Shown piece by piece: positions 12,890 through 26,289 of a stretch of DNA of 64,000 bases. Position numbers and translations under genes: made by a program. The DNA is taken from positions 2,790,001-2,854,000 of the forward strand of contig NW_027252668.1 in assembly GCF_044704955.1 (NCBI RefSeq), in the 5' to 3' direction. Below the pieces are notes generated by a model. The model searched no databases and was not told the DNA's origin. It saw only the letters and a program-made list of their open reading frames with translations. This stretch comes from Pristiophorus japonicus. Taxonomy: Eukaryota. Positions within the stretch are counted from its first letter, which is position 1; every line of letters starts with the position of its first letter.

Positions 12890-15800
12890 AATCTGTCAGT
12901 CTCTGGTATGGGAGTATGTATCTATCTATGTGCCTGTCAATCCCTGGTATGGAAGTATGTATCTATCGGTGTGCCTGTCAGTCTCTAGTATGGGAGTATG
13001 TATCTATCTGTGCTGTCCGTGTCGAGTATGGGAGTATGTTACTATCTCTGTGCCTGTCAGTGTCTGGTATGGGAGTATGAATCTATCTCTGTGCCTGTCA
13101 GTCCCTGGTATGGGAGTACGTATCTATCTGTGTGCATTCAGTGACTGGTATGGGAGTAATATCTATCTGTGTGCCTGTCAGTCTCTGCTTTAGGAGTATG
13201 TATCCATCTCTGTGCCTGCCATTCTCTGGTATGGAAGTATGTATCTATCTCTGTCCCTTTCAGTCGCTGGTGTGTGAGTATGTATCTATCTCTGTCCCTG
13301 TCAGTGTCAGGTACAGGAGTATGTATCTTTCTCTGTGCCAGTTAGTGTCTGCTAAGGGTGTTTCCATCTGTGTGCCGGTCAATATCTGGTATGGAAGTAC
13401 GTATCTATCTCTGTACCTGTCGATCGCTGGTGTGGGACTATGTATCTTTCTGTCCCTGTCAGTGTCTGCTATGGGAGTATGTATCGATCCGTGCAGTCCG
13501 TGTCTGTTATGGGAGTCATCATCGTCATAGGCAGTCCCTCGAGTCGAGGATGACTTGCTTCCATGCTCAAAAGTTCACAGGTGTTTCAATGAAGGACCTA
13601 ATATTCCAGGTCCCGAACTACATGTTAAAGGGTGAAAGGTATCTGTGCGTCGATTTTTTTTTTAACATGTGGTGGCAGTTGCACACCAGCCACCACATGG
13701 ACTTGACAGAGCTAGGTCTTGGTCCAGTGGCAAGGGTTATCCAAGACGACTGGAGACCAGCTCTGCGGCACTGACCTAGTGCGCACACATATCGCAGTGT
13801 GGGTTGGCCCATGCTGCCACTGGGCCCTCGCCTCTCCTGGGCCCCGAACTCAAGCCTCTCCTTGGCCCTGATCTACCCATCTGGTACTCCCATCTGTATC
13901 TATCTGTGTACCTGTCAGTCTCTGGTATGGGGGGATGTATCCATTTCTGCCTGTCCCACTCAGTGTCAAGTACGGGAGTATGTATCGATCCATGCTGTCC
14001 GTGTTTGGTATGTGAGTATGTATCTATCTCTGTCCCGGTCCGTCTCTGGTATGGGAGTATGTATCTATCTCTGTCCCTGTCCGTCTCTGGTATGGGAGCA
14101 TGTATCTATCTCTGTGCCAGTTAGTGTCTGGTAAGGATGTTTCCATCTGTGTGCCTGTCAGTCTCTGGTATTGGAGTATGTATCTATCTCTGTCTCTGTC
14201 ACTCTCTGGTATGGAGTATGTATCTATCACTGTGCCTGTCAGTCTCTGGTGTGGGAGTATGTATCTTTCTGTGCCTGTCATTCACTGGTCTGGGAGTATG
14301 TATCTATCGCTGTCCCTGTCAGTCTCTGGTATAGGAGTATGTATCTATCTGTGCCTGTCAGTCTCTGGTATGGGAGTAAGTATCTATCTCTGTTCTGTCA
14401 CCCTCTGGTATGGGACTATGTATCTCTGTCTCTGCCACTCTCTGGTATGGAGTATGTATCCAACTCTGTGCCTATCAGTGCTTGGAATGGAAGTATATAT
14501 CTATCTCTGTGCCTGTCAGTCTCTGGTATGGAAGTATGTATCTATCTCTGTGCCTGTCAGTCTCTGATATGGGAGTAAGTATCTATCTGTGTGCCTGTCA
14601 GTCTCATGTGAGGGAGAATGTATCTATATCTGTGCCTGTCAGTCTCTGGTATGGAAGTATGTATCTATCTCTGTGCCTGTCAGTCTCTGGTATGGGAGTA
14701 TGTATCTATCTGTGCCAGTCAATCTCTGGTATGGGAGCACCTATTTATGTCTGTACCTGTCAGACGCTGGTATGGGCGTATGTATCCACCTCTGCCCGTC
14801 AGTCTCTGGTATGGGAGAACGTATCAGTCTGTGCCTGTCAGTGTCGGGTATTTGAGTATGTATCTATCTGTGCCTGTCAGTCTCTGGTATGGAAGTATGC
14901 ATCTATCTCTGTGCCTGTCAGTCTCTGGTATGGGAGCATGTATCTATCTCTGTGCCTGTCAGTCACTGGTGTGGGAATATGTGTCTTTCTGTGCCTGTCA
15001 CTGTCTGGTATGGAAGCATGTATCTATCTCTGTGCCCGTCAGTCTCGGGTATGGGAGCATGTATCAATCTGTGTGCTGTCAGTCTCTGGAATGGGAGTAT
15101 GTATCTATCTCCGTGCCGGGTGTGGGAGTATGTATCTATCTCTGTGCTGTCAGTCTCTGGTGTGGGAGTGTGTATCTATCTGTGTGCTTGTCAGTTTCTG
15201 GTATGGGAGCATGTATCTAACTCTGTGCCCGTCAGTCTCTGGTCTGCGAGTATGTATCTATCTGTGTGCAAGTCAGTCTCTGGTATGGGAGTATGTATCT
15301 ATCTCTGTGCCTGTCAATCTCGGGTATGGGATTATGTATCTATCTGTGTGCATGTCAGTGTCCGGTACAGAAGTTTGTATCTATCTTTCTGCTTGTCAGT
15401 CGCTGGTATGGGTGTATGTATATATGTGTGTGCCTGTCACTGTCTGGTATGGGAGTATCCCTGTGCCGGGTGTGGGAGTATGTATCTATCTCTGTGCGGT
15501 CAGTCTCTGGTCTGGGAGTATGTATCTATCTGTGTGCAAGTCAGTCTCTGGTATGGGAGTATGTATCTATCTCTGTGCCCGTCAGTGTCCGGTATACAAT
15601 TATGTAACTACCTCTGTGCTGTCAATCTCTGGTGTGGGAGTATGTATATATGTGTGTGCCTGTCACTGTCTGGTGTGGGAGTATCTCTGTGCCGGGTGTG
15701 GGAGTATGTATCTATCTCTGTGCGGTCAGTCTCTGGTATGGGAGTATGTATCTATCTCTGTGCCCGTCAGTGTCCGGTATACAATTATGTAACTACCTCT

Positions 15801-16100
15801 GTGATGTCAATCTCTGGTGTGGGAGTATGTATCTATCTCTGTGCCTATAATTCTCTGGTATCGGAGTCTGTATCTATCTGTGCTGTCAGTTTCTGGTATG
15901 GGCGTATGTATCAATCTCTGTACCTGTCAGTCTCTGGTATGGGAGTATGTATCTATCTCTGTCCCAGTCAATCTCTGGTATGGCTGTATATATATACATA
16001 TGTGTGTGCCTGTCACTGTCTGGTATGGAAGTATGTATCTAACTCTGTGCAAGTCAGACTCTGGTATGGGAGTATATATCTATCTCTGTGCTGTCAGTTT
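12890..16100 (+). repeat. ~41 bp satellite array (type B); resumes at 17381-17740
   Basis: Units GTCAGTCTCTGGTATGGGAGTATGTATCTATCTCTGTGCCT. Confidence 0.92.
13517..13880 (-). mobile_element. Short RTE-tailed element inserted in satellite B
   Basis: Minus-strand 3' end GGAAGCAAGTCATCCTCGACTCGAGGGACTGCCTATGACGATGATG resembles the 3' end of the RTE at 30550-30591. Confidence 0.65.
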
Positions 16101-16111
16101 CTGTTTTTTCT

Positions 16112-17380
16112 GGAATTTTCTAATTTACTGGCATTCTTTGATGATATAACGAGCATGGTGGATAGAGGTGTACCAATGGATGTGGTGTATTTAGATTTCC
16201 AAAAGGCATTTGGTAAGGTGCCACACAAAAGGTTACTGCAGAAGATAGAGTTACGCGGAGTCAGAGGAAATGTATTAGCATGGATAGAGAATTGTCTGAC
16301 GAACAGAAAGCAGAGAGTCGGGATAAATGGGTCCTTTTCGGGTTGGAAATCGGTGGTTAGTGGTGTGCCACAGGGATCGGTGCTGGGACCACAACTGTTT
16401 ACAATATACATAGATGACCTGGAAGAGGGGACAGAGTGTTGTGTAACAAAATTTGCAGATGACACAAAGATTAGTGGGAAAGCGGGTTGTGGAGAGGACA
16501 CAGAGAGGCTGCAAAGAGATTTAGATAGGTTAAGCGAATGGGCTAAGGTTTGGCAGATGGAATACAATGTCGGAAAGTATGAGGTCATCCACCTTGGGGA
16601 AAAAAAACAGTAAAAGGGAATATTATTTCAATGGGGAGAAATTACAACATGCTGAGATGCAGAGGGACCTGGGGTTCCTTGTGCATGAATCCCAAAAAGT
16701 TAGTTTGCAGGTGCAGCAGGTAATCAGGAAGGCGAATGGAATGTTGGCCTTCATTGCGAGAGGGATGGAGTACAAAAGCAGGGAGGACCTACTGCAACTG
16801 TATAGGGTATTGGTGAGGCCGCACCTGGAGTACTGCGTGCAGTTTTGGTCCCCTTACTTAAGGAAGGATATACTGGCTTTGGAGCGGGTACAGAGACGAT
16901 TCACTAGGCTGATTCCGGAGATGAGGGGGTTACTTTATGATGATAGATTGAGTAGACTGGGTCTTTACTCGTTGGAGTTCAGAAGGATGAGGGGTGATCT
17001 TATAGAAACATTTAAAATAATGAAAGGGATAGACAAGATAGAGGCGGAGAGGTTGTTTCCACTGGTCAGGGAGACTAGAACTTGGGGGCGCAGCCTCAAA
17101 ATACGGGGGAGCCAATTTAAAACCGAGTTGAGAAGGAATTTCTTCTCCCAGAGGGTTGTGAATCTGTGGAATTCTCTGCCCAAGGAAGCAGTTGAGGCTA
17201 GCTCATTGAATGTATTCAAGTCACAGATAGATAGATTTTTAACCAATAAGGGAATTAAGGGTTTCGGGGAGCGGGCGTGTAAGTGGAGCTGAGTCCACGG
17301 CCAGATCAGCCATGATCTTATTGATTGGCGGAGCAGGCTCAAGGGGCTAGATGGCCTACTCCTGTTCCTAATTCTTATGT
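16112..17380 (+). mobile_element. CR1 LINE, 5'-truncated, RT to 3' tail
   Basis: VYLDFQKAFGKVPH...[10 protein letters not shown]...FADDTK...RRNFFSQRVVNLWNSLP; tail GGCCTACTCCTGTTCCTAATTCTTATG. Confidence 0.92.
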
Positions 17381-17740
17381 ATTGGTCTGGGAGAATGCAT
17401 CTATCTTGTGCCTGTCGGTCTTTGGTATGGGAGTTTGCATCTATCTGTGCTGTCAGTCTCTGGTATGGGAGTATGTATCTATCTGTGCCTGTCACTGTCT
17501 GATATGGGAGTATGTATCTATCTCTGTGCCCGGTGTGGGATTATGTATCTATCTCTGTGCTCGTCAGTGTCTGGTCTGGAAGTATATATCTATCTCTGTC
17601 CCTGTCAGTCTCTGGTATGGGATTATGTATCTATCTGTGTGCCTGTCCGTCTCTGGTATGGGAGTATTTATCTATCTGTGTGCAAGTCAGTCTCTGATAT
17701 GGGAGTATGTATCTATCTTTGTTCCTGTCAGTCTTTGGTA

Positions 17741-19150
17741 TAGAAACATAGAAAATTGGTGCAGGAGTAGGCCATTCAGCTCTTCGAGCCTGCACCGCCA
17801 TTCAATGAGTTCATGGCTGAACATGCAACTTCAGTACCCCATTCCTGCTTTCTCGCCATACCCCTTGATCCCCCTAGTAGTAAGGACTACATCTAACTCC
17901 TTTTTGAATATATTTAGTGAATTGTCCTCAACAACTTTCTGTGGTAGAGAATTCCACAGGTTCACCACTCTCTGGGTGAAGAAGTTTCTCCTCATCTCAG
18001 TCCTAAATGGCTTACCCCTTATCCTTAGACTGTGACCCCTTGTTCAGGACTTCCCCAACATTGGGAACATTCTTCCTGCATCTACCCTGTCTAAACCCAT
18101 CAGAATTTTAAACGTTTCTATGAGGTCCCCTCTCATTCTTCTGAACTCCAGTGAATACAAGCCCAGTTGATCCAGTCTTTCTTGATAGGTCAGTCCCGCC
18201 ATCCCGGGAATCAGTCTGGTGAACCTTCGCTGCACTCCCTCAATAGCAAGAATGTCCTTCCTCAAGTTAGGAGACCAAAACTGTGCACAATACTCCAGGT
18301 GTGGCCTCACCAAGGCCCTGTACAACTGTAGCAACACTTCCCTGCCCCTGTACTCAAATCCCCTCGCTATGAAGGCCAACATGCCATTTGCTTTCTTAAC
18401 CGCCTGCTGTACCTGCATGCCAACCTTCAATGACTGATGTACCATGACACCCACTTCTCGTTGCACCTCCCCTTTTCCTAATCTGTCACCATTCAGGTAA
18501 TATTCTGCCTTCCTGTTTTTGCCACCAAAGTGGATAACGTCACATTTATCCACATTATACTGCATCTGCCATGCATTTGCCCACTCACCTAACCTGTCCA
18601 AGTCACCCTGCAGCCTCTTAGCTTCCTCCTCACAGCTCACACTGGCACCCAGCTTAGTGTCATCTGCAAATGTAGGGATATTACATTCAATTCCTTTGTC
18701 TAAATCATGAATGTATATTGTAAATAGCTGGGGTCCCAGCATAGAAACATAGAAAATAGGTGCAGGAGTAGGCCATTCGGACCTTCAAGCCTGCACCACC
18801 ATTCAACAAGATCATGGCTGATCAGCCACCCCAGCACCAACCCCCCACGCCCCTTCCACAACCCCCGACCCCCCCCGGTTGCATGGACCCTTCCAGCACC
18901 CCACCAGTCACTGCCTGCCGTTCTGAAAATAACCCGTTTGATCCTACTCTTTGCTTCCTGTCTGCCAACCAGTTCTCTATCCATGTCAATACATTACCCC
19001 CAATACCATGTGCTTTAATTTTGCACATCTCTTGTGTGGGACCTTGTCAAAAGCCTTTTGAAATTCGAAATACACCACATCCACTGGTTCTCCCTTATCC
19101 ACTCTATTAGTTACATCCTCAAAAAATTCTGGAAGATTGGTCAAGCATGA
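17741..19150 (-). mobile_element. CR1 LINE with a nested CR1 tail at ~18741-18825
   Basis: ORF 18044-18742 LGPQLFTIYIHDLD...FADDTKLG; tail (CTATGTTT)n at 17741. Confidence 0.9.
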
Positions 19151-19154
19151 CTAA

Positions 19155-19915
19155 TCTCTCCACATAATTGAAGTCTCAGGTATCATCCTGGTAAACCTCC
19201 TCTGTACCCTCTCCAACACCTTGGCATTCTTCCTAATGTGTGTTGCTCAGAATTGTACACAATACTCCAGCCTCACCACTGATTTGTAATGGGTTAGCAT
19301 TGAACTCCTTGTTTTTATGTTTAGTGCTCCATTTACAAAGTGAAAGATCCCATACACTCTCTTAAATGTCTTATCAGCTTACCCTTCCATCTTCAAACAT
19401 TTGTGGATATTTACCCCCAGGTCTCTCTGCTCTTACATCCCCTCAAAATAGTACCGTCTACATTATACTGCCTCTCCATGTTGAACTTCCCAAAGTGTAT
19501 CATTTCACACTGAGCTATAATAAATTGCATCTGCCATGTTTCAGTCCAGTTCACCAGTCTGTCTGTGCCTTTCTAAAGGCTGCTGCGATCCTGCTCACCA
19601 TTTACTACAATCAACTTTCTTGCCCTCAGCAAACCTCGAAGGTCCACTCCCGATAGCGAAGACCAGGTCATTTTAAATATAACCAGAAAAGCAAAGGCAT
19701 CAATTGTGACACCTGGTTGACCCAATGTAAACTTCTCCGCAGTTGGAGAAACATCGGTCCACCACTGCTCTCTGCCCCCTGTCCCTCAGCTAATGACAGA
19801 TCCAATTTACCAGTCCCTTTAACACCATGTGCTTCAATTTTACAAACAAGTCCATTATGTGATACTTTATCAAATGGCTTTTGAAAGTCCATGTATACAA
19901 CCTCTACTGCACTTA
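19155..19915 (-). mobile_element. Old degenerate CR1 fragment
   Basis: MDFQKPFDKVSHNGLVCKIEAHGVKG in ORF 19668-19892. Confidence 0.7.
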
Positions 19916-20112
19916 CCTCAACACTGTGATACTTAATTTACTCTAAAAACACACACGATTCAATGTGACTGTGTGTTCAGAGACAGAAACTGATCTTATT
20001 TCATGTCCCACTGCACGACCTCCTGCTGGATAATTGTGCTCGGTGGTCAGACTCTCCCAATCTCATTCCCATCATTTCCTGCCTTACCTTGTAATCTTTG
20101 TGCACTTGTCTA

Positions 20113-20260
20113 CAGGACCAGTGTGTATCTGAGTCAATGGGGCTCTCTCTGACCTTTCTCCCCAGTCCATCCCCAGGACCAGTGTGTATCTGAGTCAATG
20201 GGACTCTCTCTGACCTTTCTCCCCAGTCCATCCCCAGGACCAGGGTGTATCTGGGTCAAA
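20113..20260 (+). repeat. 61-bp tandem repeat, ~2.5 copies
   Basis: CAGGACCAGTGTGTATCTGAGTCAATGGG..CTCTCTCTGACCTTTCTCCCCAGTCCATCCC. Confidence 0.85.
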
Positions 20261-20654
20261 GGGAATCTCTCTTACCTTTCGCCCCTGTCGATCTATGAAA
20301 GCTCTTTGAATCAGAAAGGTTATCTCTGGTCGGTGCTCTCACAATCCTGTGCTGGTTCACCGGCCATTGTTCCTCAGTCTACAGTCCCTGTTTCCTTCCA
20401 CCTGTGGAACTTTCTCAATCACTCCATCATTCACCGGAAGATCTAATAATGGCAGGGCAGAAAATGAGACAAATATTGACGGTGTGCAGTGGAATGTAAT
20501 ATATATTTTTCTGATGCTTAATAAAACTGAAAGTTCAGGGTTGAGTATTCTTGTTGGAGTTTGTCATTTCCCCGGCAAGCCCACGGGAGCATCACACAAA
20601 TTGCCAGAGTTCTTGACAAAACTGCGGAATTTACTGTCTATTGCTTAGACAAAC

Positions 20655-23600
20655 CGGCACTGTGTGATCTCACTGAGTCCATCCTCCCCGGGTTACACAC
20701 TGTCTGATCTCACTGGTTGCCGGGTTACACACTGTCTGATCTCACTGGACCCATCCTTCCCGGGTTACACACTGTCTGATCTCACTGGGCCCATCCTCCC
20801 CAGGTTACACACTGTCTGATCTCACTGGGCCCCCGGGTTACACACTGTCTGATCTCACGGGCCCATCCTCCCCGGGTTACACACTGTCTGAACTCACTGA
20901 GCCCATCCTCCCCGGGTGACACCAGTCTGATCTCACTGGGCCCCCGGGTTACACACTGTCTGATCTCACTGGGCCCATCCTCCCCGGGTTACACACTGTC
21001 TGATCTGACTGGGCCCTGGGGTTACACACTGTCTGATCTCACTGGGCCCCCGGGTTACACACTGTCTGATCTCACTGGGCCAACCCCCGGGTTACACACT
21101 GTCTGATCTCACTGGCCCCCGGGTTACACACTGTCATGATCTCACTGGGCCCCCGGGTTACACACTGTTTGATCTCACTGGGCCCCCGGGTTACACACTG
21201 TCTGATCTCACTGGGCCCCCGGGTTACACACTGTCTGATTTCACTGGCCCCCGGGTTACACACTGTCCGATCTGACTGGGCCCTGGGGTTACACACTGTC
21301 TGATCTCACTGGGCCCATACACCCTAGGTTACACACTGTCTGATCTCACTGGGCCCCCGGGTTACACACTGTCTGATCTCACTGGGCCCCCGGGTTACAC
21401 ACTGTCTGATTTCACTGGCCCCCGGGTTACACACTGTCTGATCTCACTGGGCCACTGGGTTACACACTGTCTGATCTCACTGGGCCACCGGGTAACACAC
21501 TGTCTGATCTCAGTGGGCCCCCGGGTTACACACTGTCTGATCTCACTGGGCCCCCGGGTTACACACTGTCTGATCTCACTGGGCCAACCCCCGGGTTACA
21601 CACTGTCTGATCTCACTGGGCCCCCGGGTTACACACTGTCTGATCTCACTGGCCCCCGGGTGACACACTGTCTGATCTCACTGGGCCCCCGGGTTACACA
21701 CTGTCTGATCTCACTGGGCCCACGGGTTACACACTGTCTGATCTCACTGGGCCCCCGGGTTACACACTGTCTGATCTCACGGGCCCATCCTCCCCGGGTT
21801 ACACACTGTCTGATCTGACTGGGCCCTGGGGTTACACACTGTCTGATCTCACTGGGCCCATACACCCCAGGTTATACACTGTCTGATCTCACTGGGCCCC
21901 CGGGTTACACACTGTCTGATCTCACTGGGACCCCGGGTTACACACTGTCTGATCTCACTGGGCCCCCGGGTTACACACTGTCTGATCTCACTGGGCCAAC
22001 CCCCGGGTTACACACTGTCTGATCTCACTGGCCCCCGGGTTACACACTGTCATGATCTCACTGGGCCCCCGGGTTACACACTGTTTGATCTCACTGGGCC
22101 CCCGGGTTACACACTGTCTGATCTCACTGGGCCCCCGGGTTACACACTGTCTGATCTCACTGGGACCCCGGGTTACACACTGTCTGATCTCACTGGGCCC
22201 CCGGGTTACACACTGTCTGATCTCACTGGGCCAACCCCCGGGTTACACACTGTCTGATTTCACTGGCCCCCGGGTTACACACTGTCCAATCTGACTGGGC
22301 CCTGGGGTTACACACTGTCTGATCTCACTGGGCCCATACACCCCAGGTTACACACTGTCTGATCTCACTGGGCCCCCGGGTTACACACTGTCTGATCTCA
22401 CTGGGCCCCCGGGTTACACACTGTTTGATTTCACTGGCCCCCGGGTTACACACTGTCTGATCTCACTGGGCCACAGGGTTACACACTGTCTGATCTCACT
22501 GGGCCACCGGGTAACACACTGTCTGATCTCACTGGGCCCCCGGGTTACACACTGTCTGATCTCACTGGGCCCCCGGGTTACACACTGTCTGATCTCACTG
22601 GGCCAACCCCCGGGTTACACACTGTCTGATCTCACTGGGCCCCCGGGTTACACACTGTCTGATCTCACTGGCCCCCGGGTGACACACTGTCTGATCTCAC
22701 TGGGCCCCCGGGTTACACACTGTCTGATCTCACTGGGCCCACGGGTTACACACTGTCTGATCTCACTGGGCCCCTGGGTTACACACTGTCTGAGCTCACT
22801 GGGCCCCTGGGTTACACACTGTCTGATCTCACTGGCCCCCGGGTTACACACTGTCTGATCTCACTGGGCCCCCGGGTTACACACTGTCTGATCTCACTGG
22901 GCCCCTGGGTTACACACTGTCTTATCTCACTGGCCCCCGGGTTACACACTGTCTGATCTCACTGGGCCCACCCCCGGGTTACACACTGTCTGATCTCACT
23001 GGGCCCCCGGGTTACACACTGTCTGATCTCACTGGGCCCCCGGGTTACACACTGTCTGATCTCACTGGGTCCCCGGGTTACACACTGTCTGATCTCACTG
23101 GGCCCAGCCCCGGGTTACACACTGTCTGATCTCACTGGGCCCCCAGGTTACACACTGTCTGATCTCACTGGGCCCCCGGGTTACACACTGTCTGATCTCA
23201 CTGGGCCCCCGGGTTACACACTGTCTGATCTCACTGGGCCCCCAGGTTACACAATGTCTGATCAAACTGGCCCCCGGGTTACACACTGTCTGATCTCACT
23301 GGGACCCCGGGTTACACACTGTCTGATCTCACTGGCCCCCGGGTTACACACTGTCTGATCTCACTGGGCCCACCCCCGGGTTACACACTGTCTGATCTCA
23401 CTGGGCCCCCGGGTTACACACTGTCTGATCTCACTGGGCCCCCGGGTTACACACTGTCTGATCTCACTGGGCCCCCGGGTTACACACTGTCAGATCTCAC
23501 TGGGCCCCCGGGTTACACACTGTCTGGTCTCACTGGGCCCCCGGGTTACACACTGTCTGATCTCACTGGGCCCCCGGGTTACACACTGTTTGATCTCACT

Positions 23601-25620
23601 GGGCCCCCAGGTTACACACTGTCTGATCTCACTGGGCCCCCGGGTTACACACTGTCTGATCTCACTGGGCCCACCCCCGGGTTACACAATGTCTGATCTC
23701 ACTGGGCCCACCCCCGGGTTACACACTGTCTGATTTCACTGGGCCCCCAGGTTACACAATGTCTGATCAAACTGGCCCCCGGGTTACACACTGTCTGATC
23801 TCACTGGGACCCCGGGTTACACACTGTCTGATCTCACTGGCCCCCGGGTTACACACTGTCTGATCTCACTGGGCCCACCCCCGGGTTACACACTGTCTGA
23901 TCTCACTGGGCCCCCGGGTTACACACTGTCTGATCTCACTGGGCCCCCGGGTTACACACTGTCTGATCTCACTGGGCCCCCGGGTTACACACTGTCAGAT
24001 CTCACTGGGCCCCCGGGTTACACACTGTCTGGTCTCACTGGGCCCCCGGGTTACACACTGTCTGATCTCACTGGGCCCCCGGGTTACACACTGTTTGATC
24101 TCACTGGGCCCCCAGGTTACACACTGTCTGATCTCACTGGGCCCCCGGGTTACACACTGTCTGATCTCACTGGGCCCACCCCCGGGTTACACAATGTCTG
24201 ATCTCACTGGGCCCACCCCCGGGTTACACACTGTCTGATTTCACTGGGCCCCCGGGTTACACACTGTCTGATCTCACTGGCCCCCGGGTTGCACACTGTC
24301 TGATCTCACTGGGCCCACCCCCGGGTTACACACTGTCTGATCTCACTGGACCCCCGGTTACACACTGTCTGATCTCACTGGGCCCCCGGGTTACACACTG
24401 TCTGATCTCACTGGGCCCACCCCCGGGTTACACACTGTCTGATCTCACTGGGCCCCCAGGTTACACACTGTCTGATCTCACTGGGCCCACTCCCGGGTTA
24501 CACACTGTCTGATCTCACTGGGCCCCCGGGTTACACACTGTCTGATCTCACTGGGCCCCCGGGTTACACACTGTTTGATCTCACTGGGCCCCCGGGTTAC
24601 ACACTGTCAGATCTCACTGGGCCCCCGGGTTACACACTGTCTGGTCTCACTGGGCCCCCGGGTTACACACTGTCTGATCTCACTGGGCCCCCGGGTTACA
24701 CACTGTTTGATCTCACTGGGCCCACCCCCGGGTTACACACTGTCTGATCTCACTGGGCCCCCGGGTTACACACTGTCTGATCTCACTGGCCCCCGGGTTA
24801 CACACTGTCTGATCTCACTGGGCCCCCGGGTTACACACTGTCTGATCTCACTGGCCCCCGGGTTACACACTGTCTGATCTCACTGGGCCCCCGGGTTACA
24901 CACTGTCTGATCTCACTGGGCCCCCGGGTTACACACTGTCTGATCTCACTGGGCCCCCGGGTTACACACTGTCTGATCTCACTGGGCCCCCGGGTTACAC
25001 ACTGTCTGATCTCACTGGGCCCACCCCCGGGTTGCACACTGTCTGATCTCACTGGGCCCACCCCCGGGTTACACACTGTCTGATCTCACTGGGACCCCGG
25101 GTTACACACTGTCTGATCTCACTGGGCCCACCCCCGGGTTACACACTGTCTGATCTCACTGGGACCCCGGGTTACACACTGTCTGATCTCACTGGGCCCA
25201 CCCCCGGGTTACACACTGTCTGATCTCACTGGGCCCACCCCCGGGTTACACACTGTCTGATCTCACTGGGCCCACCCCCGGGTTACACACTGTCTGATCT
25301 CACTGGGACCCCGGGTTACACACTGTCTGATCTCAGTGGGCCCACCCCCGGGTTACACACTGTCTGATCTCACTGGGCCCACCCCCGGGTTACACACTGT
25401 CTGATCTCACTGGGCCCACCCCCGGGTTACACACTGTCTGATCTCACTGGGCCCACCCCCGGGTTACACACTGTCTGATCTCACTGGGCCCACCCCCGGG
25501 TTACACACTGTCTGATCTCACTGGGCCCCCGGGTTACACACTGTCTGATCTCACTGGGCCCACCCCCGGGTTACACACTGTCTGATCTCACTGGGCCCCC
25601 GGGTTACACACTGTCCGGGT
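20655..25620 (+). repeat. 33-bp minisatellite array (~5 kb, roughly 145-150 units)
   Basis: GGGCCCCCGGGTTACACACTGTCTGATCTCACT with a variable C-rich segment. Confidence 0.97.
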
Positions 25621-25849
25621 CAGCACATTCCCCGGGACCTGATGATGACAGTAATCTAACCTCGGTTTCTGTGCTCACTTACAAACACTTTAATTTAAAC
25701 TTTAAAGTCCCGCCCTGTGTGAGAGCAAACATCAGATCTGACACTTCCGCATTTTCCCTCATGTAGATGGCAATGCTCCATTTTCTGTGCACAGTTACAA
25801 AGCGGCACTGTTACACTTTAAAGTCCCTCCCGGTGTTTGTTCAGCTCTC

Positions 25850-26130
25850 GGGCTGAGCCGCCCGCTCTCAGTCCGTGAGCCCAGTTCCCCCAGTGACAGA
25901 GCGCGGCCCCGGTAACCCTGGCTGCACACAGGAGATTGACAGCCCCTTGCACCAATCCCAGTTCCGCTCCACCACAGAGCCCCGCCCAGAGGACTGCAGA
26001 AGATGCCGCGCGGGGTCACGTGGCTCCTGATTTGAACCCGGAGCAGTTGAACTGTCACTCCGCGAGCCCGGCAGCGCGCGGGACATGGCCCCGCCCGCCG
26101 TGTGTGACGTCAGGGCCCCGCCCACACAGC
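25850..26130. promoter_or_regulatory. CpG-rich promoter-like element
   Basis: GTCACGTGG 26015-26023, TGACGTCA 26105-26112, several CCCGCCC GC boxes. Confidence 0.5.
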
Positions 26131-26289
26131 CCCTGAGCTCAGCAGCGGGAATGCTGCAATCTGAGAGAATAAAGACAGAAGGTGCTGGAAACACTCAGCC
26201 GCTCAGGCAGCTTGTGTGGGGGGATAGAGAGAGAATTAACCTGAGGGAAGCTCATTGTTATTGCCCTGACATTCAGGGGCACGCTGCTT

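Noticed and set aside
14410-16613. Long ORFs of 460 and 574 aa
   Set aside because: They are translations of satellite B running into a CR1 RT fragment.
20655-25620. CRISPR-like array (constant repeat plus variable segment)
   Set aside because: The variable parts are 5-14 bp recurring C-rich variants, not unique spacers; the context is eukaryotic and no cas genes are present.
20655-25620. Array of V(D)J RSS heptamers
   Set aside because: The unit has CACTGTC rather than CACTGTG and there is no nonamer at 12/23 spacing.
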